This document shows, one piece after another, positions 29,271-38,394 of a stretch of DNA of 64,000 nucleotides. Where the stretch lies: contig NJEG01000003.1 of the NCBI GenBank assembly GCA_002254565.1, forward strand, positions 102 through 64,101. Direction: 5' to 3'. Below the pieces are notes generated by a model that saw nothing but the letters and a program-made list of their open reading frames with translations, was not told the DNA's origin and made no database searches. The position numbers and the translations under genes are program-made. Every line of letters begins with the position of its first letter. The first letter of the stretch is position 1. This stretch comes from Candidatus Altiarchaeales archaeon ex4484_2 (lineage in GTDB: Archaea; Altiarchaeota; Altiarchaeia; IMC4; QMZM01).

Positions 29271-30515
29271 GTGGATATAGCAATACCTCTCTTGTTGACG
29301 AGTATTGCCGGCTTCTATATGGCCTGGAATATCGGCGCAAACGATGTTGCTAATTCCATGGGCACCTCCGTAGGCAGCAAAGTATTAACCGTCAAACAAG
29401 CTGTTTTTCTCGCATCTATACTAACAATTATAGGAGCTGTCCTGGTTGGAAATCATGTAACCGAAACCATAAGGAAGGGTATTATAGACCCCACTGCTTT
29501 CGCTGGAAACCCGGAGGTTTTCGTTTACGGTATGTTTTCTGTTATAATCTCCGCCGGAGTCTGGGTTACTATATCAACCAAGATGAGGCTTCCAGTATCC
29601 ACAACACACTCTATTGTAGGTGCTATAATAGGCTTCGGGTTGATTTCTTCAGGGTTATCAGTGGTTAACTATCCTAAGTTGTTGGGCATAATCCTGAGCT
29701 GGGTGATTTCGCCGATAACAGGGGGGGTGATTGCTTTCATCCTTTTTAATATGATAAAGAACTCTGTTCTCGACTCAGAGCACCCCTTTGATTCAGCGAA
29801 GAAGGTTTTCCCGTTAATGGTCTCAATGGTGTTTATGGTGCTTTCTTTTGCGGTACTATATAGTGGATGTCACATGAACCTTGGAGGGATAGATATATTG
29901 ACTATTGTCGTGTTGGTGAGTTTGTTTGCAGGTTTAACTAGCATGGTTTTGTTGGGATACTATCATAAATCTGGGAAAGACCCGTATTACCAAGTAGAGG
30001 ATTTATTTGGTTACCTTCAGGTTTTATCTGCCTGTTGTGTAGCATTCGCCCACGGCTCCAACGATGTCGCTAACGCCATAGGGCCCGTCGCAGCTATATA
30101 CCACGTGACAGAGGGTATTGCTAACGGCTTGACTTCAGGTATTCTGCAGCAATCTGTTCCAGTCCCCCTCTGGATGCTCGCCTTTGGGGGGGTAGGTATT
30201 GCGGTGGGTATCTCTACTTGGGGCCACAGGGTTATGGAGACTATTGGGGAGCGGATTACAGAGATAACACCAACAAGGGGTTTTGCTGCAGAATTCAGCA
30301 CAGCAGCCACCGTGTTAGGTTGCTCTCTACTGGGACTGCCTATTTCAACATCGCATGTGGTGGTTGGATCGGTTATAGGAGTCGGTTTCGCTGGGGGGAT
30401 AAACGCCTTAAACCTTAATGTGGTGAAAAACATTATCATTTCATGGCTTGCTACCATACCCTCAGCTGCATTACTCACAATGGTGATATACGAGATCTTA
30501 ACCCATGTTTTATAG
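29271..30515 (+). CDS. pitA: PiT-family inorganic phosphate transporter.
   Basis: Duplicated GANDVANSMGT and GSNDVANAIGP signature motifs; polytopic. Confidence 0.9.
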   Translation: MDIAIPLLLTSIAGFYMAWNIGANDVANSMGTSVGSKVLTVKQAVFLASILTIIGAVLVGNHVTETIRKGIIDPTAFAGNPEVFVYGMFSVIISAGVWVTISTKMRLPVSTTHSIVGAIIGFGLISSGLSVVNYPKLLGIILSWVISPITGGVIAFILFNMIKNSVLDSEHPFDSAKKVFPLMVSMVFMVLSFAVLYSGCHMNLGGIDILTIVVLVSLFAGLTSMVLLGYYHKSGKDPYYQVEDLFGYLQVLSACCVAFAHGSNDVANAIGPVAAIYHVTEGIANGLTSGILQQSVPVPLWMLAFGGVGIAVGISTWGHRVMETIGERITEITPTRGFAAEFSTAATVLGCSLLGLPISTSHVVVGSVIGVGFAGGINALNLNVVKNIIISWLATIPSAALLTMVIYEILTHVL

Positions 30516-30549
30516 CACAGATATATAATTGTAACTGGTATAGATTAAA

Positions 30550-31230
30550 ATGCCCTACATACCTCCGATATTAAAGGTTTTCGGTAAATCGCCCTTTAAG
30601 CCGTTGCACATGCACATAAAGAAGGTGAGGGAAACCGTGGACCTGTTGACGCCTGCTGTGGAAGCCTTCTGTAGTGAAGACTTTGATAGAGTGGATGAGC
30701 TCGCCAAGGACATATCAAATCTAGAGCACGAATGTGATATAATAAAAAACGATATACGAGAGCACCTGCCTAGAAGTATATTGATGCCTGTGAATAGGGG
30801 AGACCTGCTCCGGTTCCTCAAGGAACAGGATGCTATGGCCGACACAGCAGAGGATGTTGCTGTGATAATGACCTTCCGGCGAGTGGAGAATATGCCCCAA
30901 GAGATAAAGGAAAACTTTATCAAACTAACAGAGAAGGTTGTTGAATCAGTTGACGCATTGGAGATAGCCGCATTAGAGATTGATGAGCTGCTGGAGTCAT
31001 CGTTCAGCAGGGTGGAAACGGAGAAGATACTAAGAATTGTGCACAAGGTTGATGAAAAAGAATGGGAGGCCGACAGGATTGGTATTACTCTGGTGAAAAG
31101 CATATACGCGAACGAGGAAAATCTCAAGTTTAAGACATGCTACCTGAAGGATCTCGCCGGTAAACTGGGCGAAATAGCAGATCATGCGGAGAATGCCGGC
31201 GACCGCATGAGAGTTATGATGGCCAGGTAA
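30550..31230 (+). CDS. DUF47/PhoU-like phosphate transport regulator; the usual Pit partner.
   Basis: About 226 aa and helical. The N-terminal F-G-K-S-P-F...H pattern and its position directly downstream of pitA fit this family. Confidence 0.75.
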   Translation: MPYIPPILKVFGKSPFKPLHMHIKKVRETVDLLTPAVEAFCSEDFDRVDELAKDISNLEHECDIIKNDIREHLPRSILMPVNRGDLLRFLKEQDAMADTAEDVAVIMTFRRVENMPQEIKENFIKLTEKVVESVDALEIAALEIDELLESSFSRVETEKILRIVHKVDEKEWEADRIGITLVKSIYANEENLKFKTCYLKDLAGKLGEIADHAENAGDRMRVMMAR

Positions 31231-31236
31231 ATCCCT

Positions 31237-31698
31237 CTAAGAAGCTCTTGTTATGTTCACGTCTTCTAAATCCAGGCGAGGGTCTATGGACTCGAATACC
31301 AGCTTGTAGTTTCCTTCATGACAGGGTCCGGAGCAGATTCTACCTCTCATAGTGCCTTTGGTTACGGCATAGATGTCTGTGTAGGAGCTTCCAATGCCTG
31401 ACGCTAGCTCAACCCGGAACCTGACCACCCGCCCTGAGACGTTAACCTCCACCACACTCTTGGGGATGAATATGCTCTTCGGTATCTTGGAGGGATGACC
31501 CGTCACGTAAATGAAATCAGATGCCTCCCTCACACCCTCCATAGCAGTATAAGCAGAGCTTATGCTAACCTTGGTGCTTGACGCATTAATCATGTTGTTC
31601 ACAACCAGCAGTACGGATACAACAACAGCCAGGGATATCCCCAACACCACCATATATTCCAGTGAAACCTGTGCTTTCCTGTTCAACTTAACTCTCAT
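31237..31698 (-). CDS. Archaeal class III signal peptide (type IV pilin-like) protein.
   Basis: N-terminus MRVKLNRKAQVSLEYMVVLGISLAVVVSVLLVV matches the K/R-x-Q-x-S-x-E-Y plus hydrophobic helix prepilin pattern. Confidence 0.7.
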   Translation of the reverse strand: MRVKLNRKAQVSLEYMVVLGISLAVVVSVLLVVNNMINASSTKVSISSAYTAMEGVREASDFIYVTGHPSKIPKSIFIPKSVVEVNVSGRVVRFRVELASGIGSSYTDIYAVTKGTMRGRICSGPCHEGNYKLVFESIDPRLDLEDVNITRAS

Positions 31699-31716
31699 GT
31701 AATATCTTACTCTAGC

Positions 31717-31758
31717 CTTTTATTTATATATTATACTACTACATATTTATTTATATTC
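31717..31758. promoter_or_regulatory. Divergent promoter region with TATA-like boxes, between the pilin-like gene and the PC4-like gene.
   Basis: cttttatttatatatta and acatatttatttatattc lie in the 79-bp gap. Confidence 0.35.
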
Positions 31759-31777
31759 GATTGTGGGAGTGAGAAAG

Positions 31778-32005
31778 ATGGAATATGAGACAATAAAAAG
31801 CGAGAACATTGATTACAGGAGAAATAAGTTTCTTGAGGTCTCAAAAAAGAAGGCTCTTCCAGACGAGAACGTATTCATGAACATATCTAAGGGGTACTAT
31901 ACTTTAGAGGGTGAGAAAAGGTACCAGAAGGGTGTCGGCTTCCCGGCCGACAAGGAGTTCATACAGGACTTGGTTAGGATAATTGAGGTTGTGGCCGAGG
32001 ACTGA
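31778..32005 (+). CDS. Small protein, possibly a PC4/YdbC-like ssDNA-binding fold.
   Basis: I prefer the ATG at 31778, preceded by gggagtgag. The pattern F-x-x-I-S-K-G-Y-Y-x-x-E-G-E-K-R-Y-x-K-G-V-G-F resembles PC4-like proteins, but this is a weak motif-level call. Confidence 0.4.
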   Translation: MEYETIKSENIDYRRNKFLEVSKKKALPDENVFMNISKGYYTLEGEKRYQKGVGFPADKEFIQDLVRIIEVVAED

Positions 32006-32026
32006 ATCCAGTCCAGGTATGGGGTT

Positions 32027-32416
32027 CTACTCCATATATTCTATGGTTACAGCCCGTATTATATCACTGTTAGACACCACACCTATTATTTTATCATCCT
32101 CCACCACGGGAAACCTTCTCAGGTTGGTTTTAGCCATTAACCTGGACAGGTTTTCTATTGAAAAATCAGGTGAAACAGAAAGCAGTGGCTCGGACATTAT
32201 GTCCTCGACCTTCATCTTCTCTGGATCCTTGTTTTCCGCTATCACCGCGTTTATTATATCCTTCCTTGTTACGATGCCAACATTGTCGTTCTTTTTCTTT
32301 TTCTTTATGATTAGGGACGTAACTCTTCTCTCAAACATTTTTTTCATAGCGTCCTCAACACTAGCATCTCTATCTATTGAGATAACCCCTGTTGTCATAA
32401 TATCCTTTGCCTTCAT
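32027..32416 (-). CDS. CBS domain pair protein.
   Basis: Two CBS motifs: AKDIMTTGVISIDRDASVEDAMKKM and VEDIMSEPLLSVSPDFSIENLSRLM. Confidence 0.85.
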   Translation of the reverse strand: MKAKDIMTTGVISIDRDASVEDAMKKMFERRVTSLIIKKKKKNDNVGIVTRKDIINAVIAENKDPEKMKVEDIMSEPLLSVSPDFSIENLSRLMAKTNLRRFPVVEDDKIIGVVSNSDIIRAVTIEYME

Positions 32417-32438
32417 TTTTACACACCATCTGAATAGA

Positions 32439-32747
32439 TTAAACTAATTTAATCCAGGAGTCTATTCCAGGCCTCCTGCTCTTCAACCCGGCTGTTGGTG
32501 AAACACCACCTGATGTCTCCTTGAATTTTCTTGTGTTTAGCAGGATCTTAAGGTCTTTCTTCACCTCAGATAATTCTTCTTTGTTTTTTTGCTCGCTTGC
32601 CTTGATAAATCGCTTATATAGAGCATCTAGTTCATCGTCTCCTGAGTATCTGTGGGTGAATTTTTCAAAAAGTTCTTTTGTACCCTCCAGATCACCTTTT
32701 TTGAAGATGAGGTATATGTGGTTTATCACATAGTGACTTGCAAACAT
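32439..32747 (-). CDS. Hypothetical helical protein.
   Basis: The ORF is the only evidence; I recognise no motif. Confidence 0.4.
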   Translation of the reverse strand: MFASHYVINHIYLIFKKGDLEGTKELFEKFTHRYSGDDELDALYKRFIKASEQKNKEELSEVKKDLKILLNTRKFKETSGGVSPTAGLKSRRPGIDSWIKLV

Positions 32748-32794
32748 TCTAGGTTATTATAAATGGGATATAAACATTAAAAATAATAAGAAGA

Positions 32795-33718
32795 TTATAT
32801 GTAATCCAACCATTCATCATATTTCTCTTCATTCCCCTTAACTGTGTTGAAAAAAACCTTTTGGAGTTTTTTTGTCACCGGCCAGGGTTTCTCTATCATC
32901 CAGCCGTCCACCTCCCTTATAGGAGTCAGCTCTGCAGCTGTTCCGGTGAAAAACGCTTCATCCGCCATGTAAAGCATATCCCGGGTTAAGTCAGTCTCCC
33001 TGACCTCAAAACCCAGGTCTGCTGCTAGGGTGATAACGCTGTCTCTTGTTATTCCGGGTAGGATGCTGGCATACTCAGGGGTTGTGTAAAGGATATCATC
33101 CATTACCATGAACAGGTTTTCTCCAGGACCCTCGGAGAGAAAGCCCCTGAAGTCGAGCATTACAGCCTCATCGAAACCTGAGTCAAGGGCCTCTATCTTC
33201 GCCAGGATGGAGTTGATGTACTGTCCAGTGGCTTTCGCTGATACCGGTATGGCATTAGGCTGAATCCTCCTGAAGGATGATATGGTTGCTGTTATGCCGT
33301 TCTCTAATCCCTCCTCCCCAAGGTATGTGCCCCAGGGCCACACCGCGATGGAAACATTAACAGGAGCCTTCAGTGGATTCAAACCCATCTCCCCATAGCC
33401 CCTGTAGGCTATAGGTCGTATATAGCATTCCTCAAGGTTGTTGGCTTCAATAACCTCCCCTGTTGCCTTCATAAGCTCATCCACGCTGTAGGGGAGTTTC
33501 ATCCTGTAGAGCTTAGCTGACCGGCAAAGCCGCTGCATATGCTCCCTCAACCTGAAGACAGCCGGACCCCTATCTGTTTTATAGCACCTTATTCCCTCAA
33601 ACACCCCAGAGCCGTAGTGTAGTGCATGAGTTAATATATGAATCCTCGCATTCTTCCAGTCAATCAACTCTCCGTCCATCCATATCTTGGAAACCTCAGG
33701 TATAGGCATCTTAATCAC
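32795..33718 (-). CDS. ilvE: Branched-chain amino acid aminotransferase.
   Basis: IWMDGELIDWKNARIHILTHALHYGSGVFEGIRCY and the fold type IV PLP pattern ...EGPGENLF...GITR... Confidence 0.9.
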   Translation of the reverse strand: MIKMPIPEVSKIWMDGELIDWKNARIHILTHALHYGSGVFEGIRCYKTDRGPAVFRLREHMQRLCRSAKLYRMKLPYSVDELMKATGEVIEANNLEECYIRPIAYRGYGEMGLNPLKAPVNVSIAVWPWGTYLGEEGLENGITATISSFRRIQPNAIPVSAKATGQYINSILAKIEALDSGFDEAVMLDFRGFLSEGPGENLFMVMDDILYTTPEYASILPGITRDSVITLAADLGFEVRETDLTRDMLYMADEAFFTGTAAELTPIREVDGWMIEKPWPVTKKLQKVFFNTVKGNEEKYDEWLDYI

Positions 33719-33753
33719 TGAATAAAATGATATTGGAATGGAAAAGATATTAA

Positions 33754-34767
33754 TTAAAGCACTATCTCCTCGTGTTTTAGCCTTAACTCCACCCGCCCAC
33801 CATCCACTACCTGGCCGATCTCTCTCAGCCCCATCTTGCCCCCGTATTCTGTCTTGATTCTCTCCCCATCCTCCCTGGATGTTATAACGCAGAAACCTAT
33901 TCCCATGTTGAACGTCTTGTACATCTCAGCATCAGAGGTCTTGCTTTGTTCCTGTATGTTCTTGAATATAATTGGCTTTTCTGGCATTTTATCCAGGATG
34001 AAGCCATGGTCTGTAACCCTCAGAAGATTCCTGAAACCACCCCCCGTTATGTTCACCATCCCATGGACTTCGAAGTTATTAATTAATTCAAGAACGGGTT
34101 TGACGTATATTCTTGTAGGGGTTAGGAGCTCCATCCACATACTCTTGGACAGAACCTTCCTGGCTAAAGTCAAACCATTAGAGTGTATTCCGGAACTCCT
34201 GAATCCCAGAACCATGTCTCCCGGAGTAATCTTTTCTCCTGTGATGATTTCATCCTTTTTTACAAGGCCTATGGCTGTGCCAGCTAAATCAAACCCCAGA
34301 CCATCGACGCCCTTTATTATGTCAGGTAGTGTTGCCAGCTCCCCACCAACTACAGCGATTTCGGCCTGTTTGGCTCCCTCATAGATGCCGTGCATTATCC
34401 CCTTTATTGTCTCAGGGTTTATTTTTTCCGTCGCCAGATAGTCTACCATGGCTATGGGCTCGGCCCCCAGGCAGATCAGGTCATTCACGTTCATGGCCAC
34501 CAAGTCAATCCCTACAGTATCGTATATCTCCAGCTCCTGAGCTACCAGAACCTTGGAGCCCACACCGTCGGCGCACATACCAAGAGCGTAGTCTCCCATA
34601 TCTATGAGGTTGGCGAAGGAGCCGATTCCCTGCATGACAGCACCGGTTCTCCCCTTCCTGAACATGAAGGTCTTCTCGAGAAGTCTTGTTATGCCTTTGA
34701 TAGCCTGCTCTTCCCGATCTATGTTAACTCCGGCCGTGGAGTAGGTTATCTTTTCCATATGTATCAA
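33754..34767 (-). CDS. purM: Phosphoribosylformylglycinamidine cyclo-ligase (AIR synthetase).
   Basis: TYSTAGVNID..., DGVGSK, and GGELA motifs. Confidence 0.9.
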   Translation of the reverse strand: MIHMEKITYSTAGVNIDREEQAIKGITRLLEKTFMFRKGRTGAVMQGIGSFANLIDMGDYALGMCADGVGSKVLVAQELEIYDTVGIDLVAMNVNDLICLGAEPIAMVDYLATEKINPETIKGIMHGIYEGAKQAEIAVVGGELATLPDIIKGVDGLGFDLAGTAIGLVKKDEIITGEKITPGDMVLGFRSSGIHSNGLTLARKVLSKSMWMELLTPTRIYVKPVLELINNFEVHGMVNITGGGFRNLLRVTDHGFILDKMPEKPIIFKNIQEQSKTSDAEMYKTFNMGIGFCVITSREDGERIKTEYGGKMGLREIGQVVDGGRVELRLKHEEIVL

Positions 34768-34786
34768 ATTATTTATAAGGCATATA

Positions 34787-35536
34787 TTAAAACCCGAGCC
34801 CGAAGAATTCCTTGGCGTTTTCTGTTGACACCATCTCCACCACCTCCAAGTCCAGGCCCTTTATTTCAGCTATCTTCTCAGCTACCTTTTTCACGTTCAA
34901 GGGCTCGTTCCTGGTCCTGGGTTTCGGGGCGAGGAAGGGTGAATCAGTCTCCAGCACAATCAGCTCCAAGGGTGTTTCTCTGGCAATTTTTTGTTTCTGC
35001 TTTGAGTAGATTATGGAAGCGGGTATGGAAACCAGATACCCTCTGGAGACCGCCTTCTTCACTTCGTTTATGGTGCCGCTGAAACAGTGGAGCATCACAT
35101 CCGTATCTTCTGGCTCCAGCATATCCAAAACATCGCTTTCAGCATCCCGGGAGTGTATCACCAGGGGCTTGTTTAATCTGTCGGCTAACTGGATGAATTT
35201 TTTGAAGTTTATTTTCTCTTTATCTCTGTTCTCCCTCTCTTTAACCCAGTAGTAGTCTAAGCCCACCTCTCCTATTGCAACAATCTCTTTCCTGTGTTCC
35301 TCTATCAGCTCTAGGGTCTCTTCCACTATGGAATCATTCAGCTCTGAGGGAGATAAGCCGAGTGTTGAGTACACTTTCCCGTATTCTTCACTTAACTTCA
35401 GGGTTGATCTTATTCCGCCAGGGCTTACTGCGGAGTTTATCATAACCACGCCAGCATCCAATGCCCTGCTTATGACTTCATCCCTGTCCTCGTTGAACTG
35501 CGGGAAGTGTAAATGACAGTGAGCATCTATAATCAT
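34787..35536 (-). CDS. tatD: TatD-family metal-dependent hydrolase.
   Basis: MIIDAHCHL..., IGEVGLDY, HSRDA, LETDSPFL. Confidence 0.9.
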   Translation of the reverse strand: MIIDAHCHLHFPQFNEDRDEVISRALDAGVVMINSAVSPGGIRSTLKLSEEYGKVYSTLGLSPSELNDSIVEETLELIEEHRKEIVAIGEVGLDYYWVKERENRDKEKINFKKFIQLADRLNKPLVIHSRDAESDVLDMLEPEDTDVMLHCFSGTINEVKKAVSRGYLVSIPASIIYSKQKQKIARETPLELIVLETDSPFLAPKPRTRNEPLNVKKVAEKIAEIKGLDLEVVEMVSTENAKEFFGLGF

Positions 35537-35742
35537 TTTAGTATAATTAGGGTAATTACATTGCCATCAGCACACTTTTATTCCACCATCATATCTATTT
35601 AGCTACAGATCATAAAAAATATATATTTTAGAATTAGACGACCTCAATTCACTTCAACAACAATAAAAGCCGTTCATTGCATATGTTTGTATAATCCAAT
35701 TTCCAGTATCGTATAAACCATATTAGTTCCTTATCCCTTTTC

Positions 35743-36046
35743 ATGGAGATGGATAGATACGTTACGACAGTTGGAATAGTTATTATTGTAGTATTGATTG
35801 TTGGAGGATATCTTCTGTTAGAAACAGAGAGGGAAGAAGGAAAAAGAGCGAGTCTGGAGGATGCGGAACCAGGAGGGGGGAATTATCGCCCTTGAAAAGA
35901 AGAGGGTTTTGATAGTTCACTCCTACCATGAGGAGTGGGGTTGGAATCAGGATACGGAGGAGGGGATAATTGAGAGTCTTAAAAGAAAGGGCTATATCCC
36001 AAACAGGGGATATGAATTTAAAAAGTTGGCTCTTCTCCAACTTTAG
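35743..36046 (+). pseudogene. Remnant: a TM helix plus the first ~60 aa of a periplasmic-sensor/ABC-substrate-binding-like domain. It is frameshifted at a G6 run and then truncated.
   Basis: Frame 1: MEMDRYVTTVGIVIIVVLIVGGYLL...EPGGGNYRP*. Frame 2 continues IIALEKKRVLIVHSYHEEWGWNQDTEEGI..., which is the start of a domain that normally runs 300 aa or more, then stops at 36046. Confidence 0.45.
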
Positions 36047-36058
36047 GATAATCTAGTA

Positions 36059-36961
36059 TCACATTTTTCTGAGCGCTTCTATCCTGTCATCGATGGGGGG
36101 GTGGGTGTTGAAGATGTTGCTGAACCTCTTTTTTACGGGGTCGGCGAGAAACATTGGCGCTACAGCTGCATTAACCTTAGTCTTAGGTCCCTGCTCATAG
36201 TTCGCCTTGATCTTCTCAAGGGCTGAAATCATTCCAGTATTCGTTCTAGCAAGCTGAACCGCGCCCGCATCAGCCATATATTCCCTCTTTCTTGAGATTG
36301 CGAGCTGCACAACCCGGACTATCAAAGGAGCCAGTACTGCGAGGAGTATCCCCAGTATGAGAAAGACTGCGTTCCCTCCACCCTTGTTCCTGTTTCTCCC
36401 GCCAAACCACATGCTCCTCAGAAATATCTCGCTTATTATGGAGACTATCCCCACCATCACAGCAATCAATGTAACAAAACGTATGTCGTAGTTTCTGATG
36501 TGGGTCATCTCATGGCCCAATACCGCTTCAAGCTCCCGATCACTTAGCTTATCCAGTGCCCCTTCAGTCACACATATCACGGAGTGCTCCGGGTCTTTGC
36601 CTGTGGCAAAAGCATTGATATCGGGAGAGGGCATGATATAAACCCTTGGTGCTGGCATACCCGATCCCAGAGCAAGACCCTCCACCTGATTCCTGAGGTG
36701 CCTATACCTGTCCCCTGAGGCTTCATGGGCTTTTACAGACCTCAACGCTATCTGGTCAGAGTATTGGTATGTTCCAACCGTGTATACGAGAGAAAATATT
36801 ATCCCAAAAATCAGGAAGATGAAGGTGAACCCTGGATCATATACCTGGGCGATAACCCACGAGAACACTATAATAACCAGGAATATGAACGCTACCAGAA
36901 TCCATGAGTTCCTCTTGTTCCTGTTTATCTGGTCGAAGAAGCTTATCTTTTCCATGCTCAT
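36059..36961 (-). CDS. htpX: M48 zinc metalloprotease HtpX.
   Basis: HEMTHI zinc motif, 4 TM segments, and C-terminal STHPPIDDRI. Confidence 0.9.
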   Translation of the reverse strand: MSMEKISFFDQINRNKRNSWILVAFIFLVIIVFSWVIAQVYDPGFTFIFLIFGIIFSLVYTVGTYQYSDQIALRSVKAHEASGDRYRHLRNQVEGLALGSGMPAPRVYIMPSPDINAFATGKDPEHSVICVTEGALDKLSDRELEAVLGHEMTHIRNYDIRFVTLIAVMVGIVSIISEIFLRSMWFGGRNRNKGGGNAVFLILGILLAVLAPLIVRVVQLAISRKREYMADAGAVQLARTNTGMISALEKIKANYEQGPKTKVNAAVAPMFLADPVKKRFSNIFNTHPPIDDRIEALRKM

Positions 36962-37521
36962 ACGTCGAATTCAACCTTGGGTACCTCCCTCTTCTCCGCT
37001 GGCGTCTCAAGATAAGGTTTCTCTTTTTTAGTCATGAAGGATGCGAACCACATACCGGGTATGGTTGTTACCGTGTTGTTGTAGAACAAGACAGAATCAT
37101 TGTAGAACTGCCTCGTGTATGCTACCTTGTCTTCTATGTCAGATAACTCCTCCTGGAACTTCATAAAATTCTGGTTAGCCTTCAGGTCGGGGTAGTTCTC
37201 TGCCACAGCAAATAAGCTCTTTAGGGTATCCTGAAGCATGTTGCCTGCTCGTGCTCTTTCCTCAACGCCCTTTGCTTTGACCAGTGACGCCCGGGCCTCC
37301 GTTACCCGTATAAGGACTTTTTGCTCGTGCTTCATGTAGGCCTCCACTGTCTTCATAAGGTTGGGAATAAGGTCAGCTCTCTTCCTGAGCTGTACGTCTA
37401 TCTGAGACCAAGCGTTGTCTATTCGGTTCCCTAACACAACAATCCGGTTGTAGTAGTAGACAAAGACTACGGCAAAAACCAGAACCAACAAGATAATGAA
37501 ACCCAAAATCAGTTCAATCAT
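36958..37521 (-). CDS. lemA: LemA family membrane protein.
   Basis: N-terminal TM helix, then NRIDNAWSQIDVQLRKRADLIPNL...; overlaps htpX by 4 nt. Confidence 0.9.
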   Translation of the reverse strand: MIELILGFIILLVLVFAVVFVYYYNRIVVLGNRIDNAWSQIDVQLRKRADLIPNLMKTVEAYMKHEQKVLIRVTEARASLVKAKGVEERARAGNMLQDTLKSLFAVAENYPDLKANQNFMKFQEELSDIEDKVAYTRQFYNDSVLFYNNTVTTIPGMWFASFMTKKEKPYLETPAEKREVPKVEFDV

Positions 37522-37565
37522 TTTTTTACCTCCATCTTTTAGATATTTGGTTGAATCAATAAATA

Positions 37566-38048
37566 CTAGATTTCTTTGACCTCCCCCATGTCTGTTATGT
37601 TGAAGTATTCGCTGAATCGGGGGGTGGTGGATAAAATCAGGGTACGGCCGTGTTTTTTCGTTTCTATGAAATCCTGCTCCCTGAGTTCCTTGATGTACCT
37701 GTAGGCTCTATTCCCCCGAATCCTGACCACATCCGACTGTTTAACGGGCTGTTGGTGGGCTATCAGCGCCAGAGTCTTTAATGCCGCGGAAGAGATTTCT
37801 TTCTCAGGTGCGAGGTGGAGTATCTGTCTCTCTACGCCAGCTTCTAGTGTCATCCGGTAACCGTCTGAAACCTCCTCCACCACGATGCCGGTACCACGGC
37901 TTAAGTACTCCTCCCGCAGCTCCTCAAGATATTGTCTGATGGAACCCGGGTTGCCTGAACTACATGCTGATGCAATATCTTCTACGCTGAGAGGTCTTCC
38001 CGCTATAAACAACGCCGCCTCAACCAGCTTTTTTGTTTCATCGCTCAC
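37566..38048 (-). CDS. scpB: Segregation and condensation protein B.
   Basis: LVEAALFIAGRPLSVEDIA... followed by a second winged-helix region. No scpA is adjacent. Confidence 0.8.
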   Translation of the reverse strand: MSDETKKLVEAALFIAGRPLSVEDIASACSSGNPGSIRQYLEELREEYLSRGTGIVVEEVSDGYRMTLEAGVERQILHLAPEKEISSAALKTLALIAHQQPVKQSDVVRIRGNRAYRYIKELREQDFIETKKHGRTLILSTTPRFSEYFNITDMGEVKEI

Positions 38049-38342
38049 TCTTTCTTATCCCCCTTTTCTTCCATCTCATCTAATGCCTCCTCTACCTCAT
38101 CCAACACCTTATCCACATCAGCAGATTTCTTTCCTCTCTTCCCTGAACTATCTTCTTTCACACCAGACTCCTTTTTTTTATTCCCTGACTTCTTCTCTTT
38201 ATTCTCCGGTGGTTTAGCTGCTGGTGGCTCGGCTGCTGGTGGCTCGGTAGGTGGTTTCTCTTCTTTCTTCCCTGAACTATCTTCTTTCACACCAGACTCC
38301 TTTTTTTTATTCCCTGACTTCTTCTCTTTATTCTCCGGTGGT
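38045..38342 (-). pseudogene. Detached lysine/glutamate-rich tail of the upstream FG-GAP protein, out of frame because of a 4-bp insertion.
   Basis: Removing ccag at the repeat junction fuses ...KKEEKPPAEPP to AAKPPENKEKKSGNKKKESGVKEDSSGK... and the frame then runs to 38045. The tracked M at 38290 is only a GTG inside the repeat. Confidence 0.6.
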
Positions 38343-38394
38343 TTAGCTGCTGGCTGGTGGCTCGGCAGGTGGTTTCTCTTCTTTCTTCCCTGAC
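38138..38394 (-). repeat. Tandem repeat: 129-bp (43-codon) and 118-bp units plus a partial third unit.
   Basis: cctgaactatcttctttcacaccagactccttttttttattccctgacttcttctctttattctccggtggtttagctgctgg occurs at 38142 and 38271. ggtggtttctcttctttcttccctga occurs at 38250 and 38368. Confidence 0.9.
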
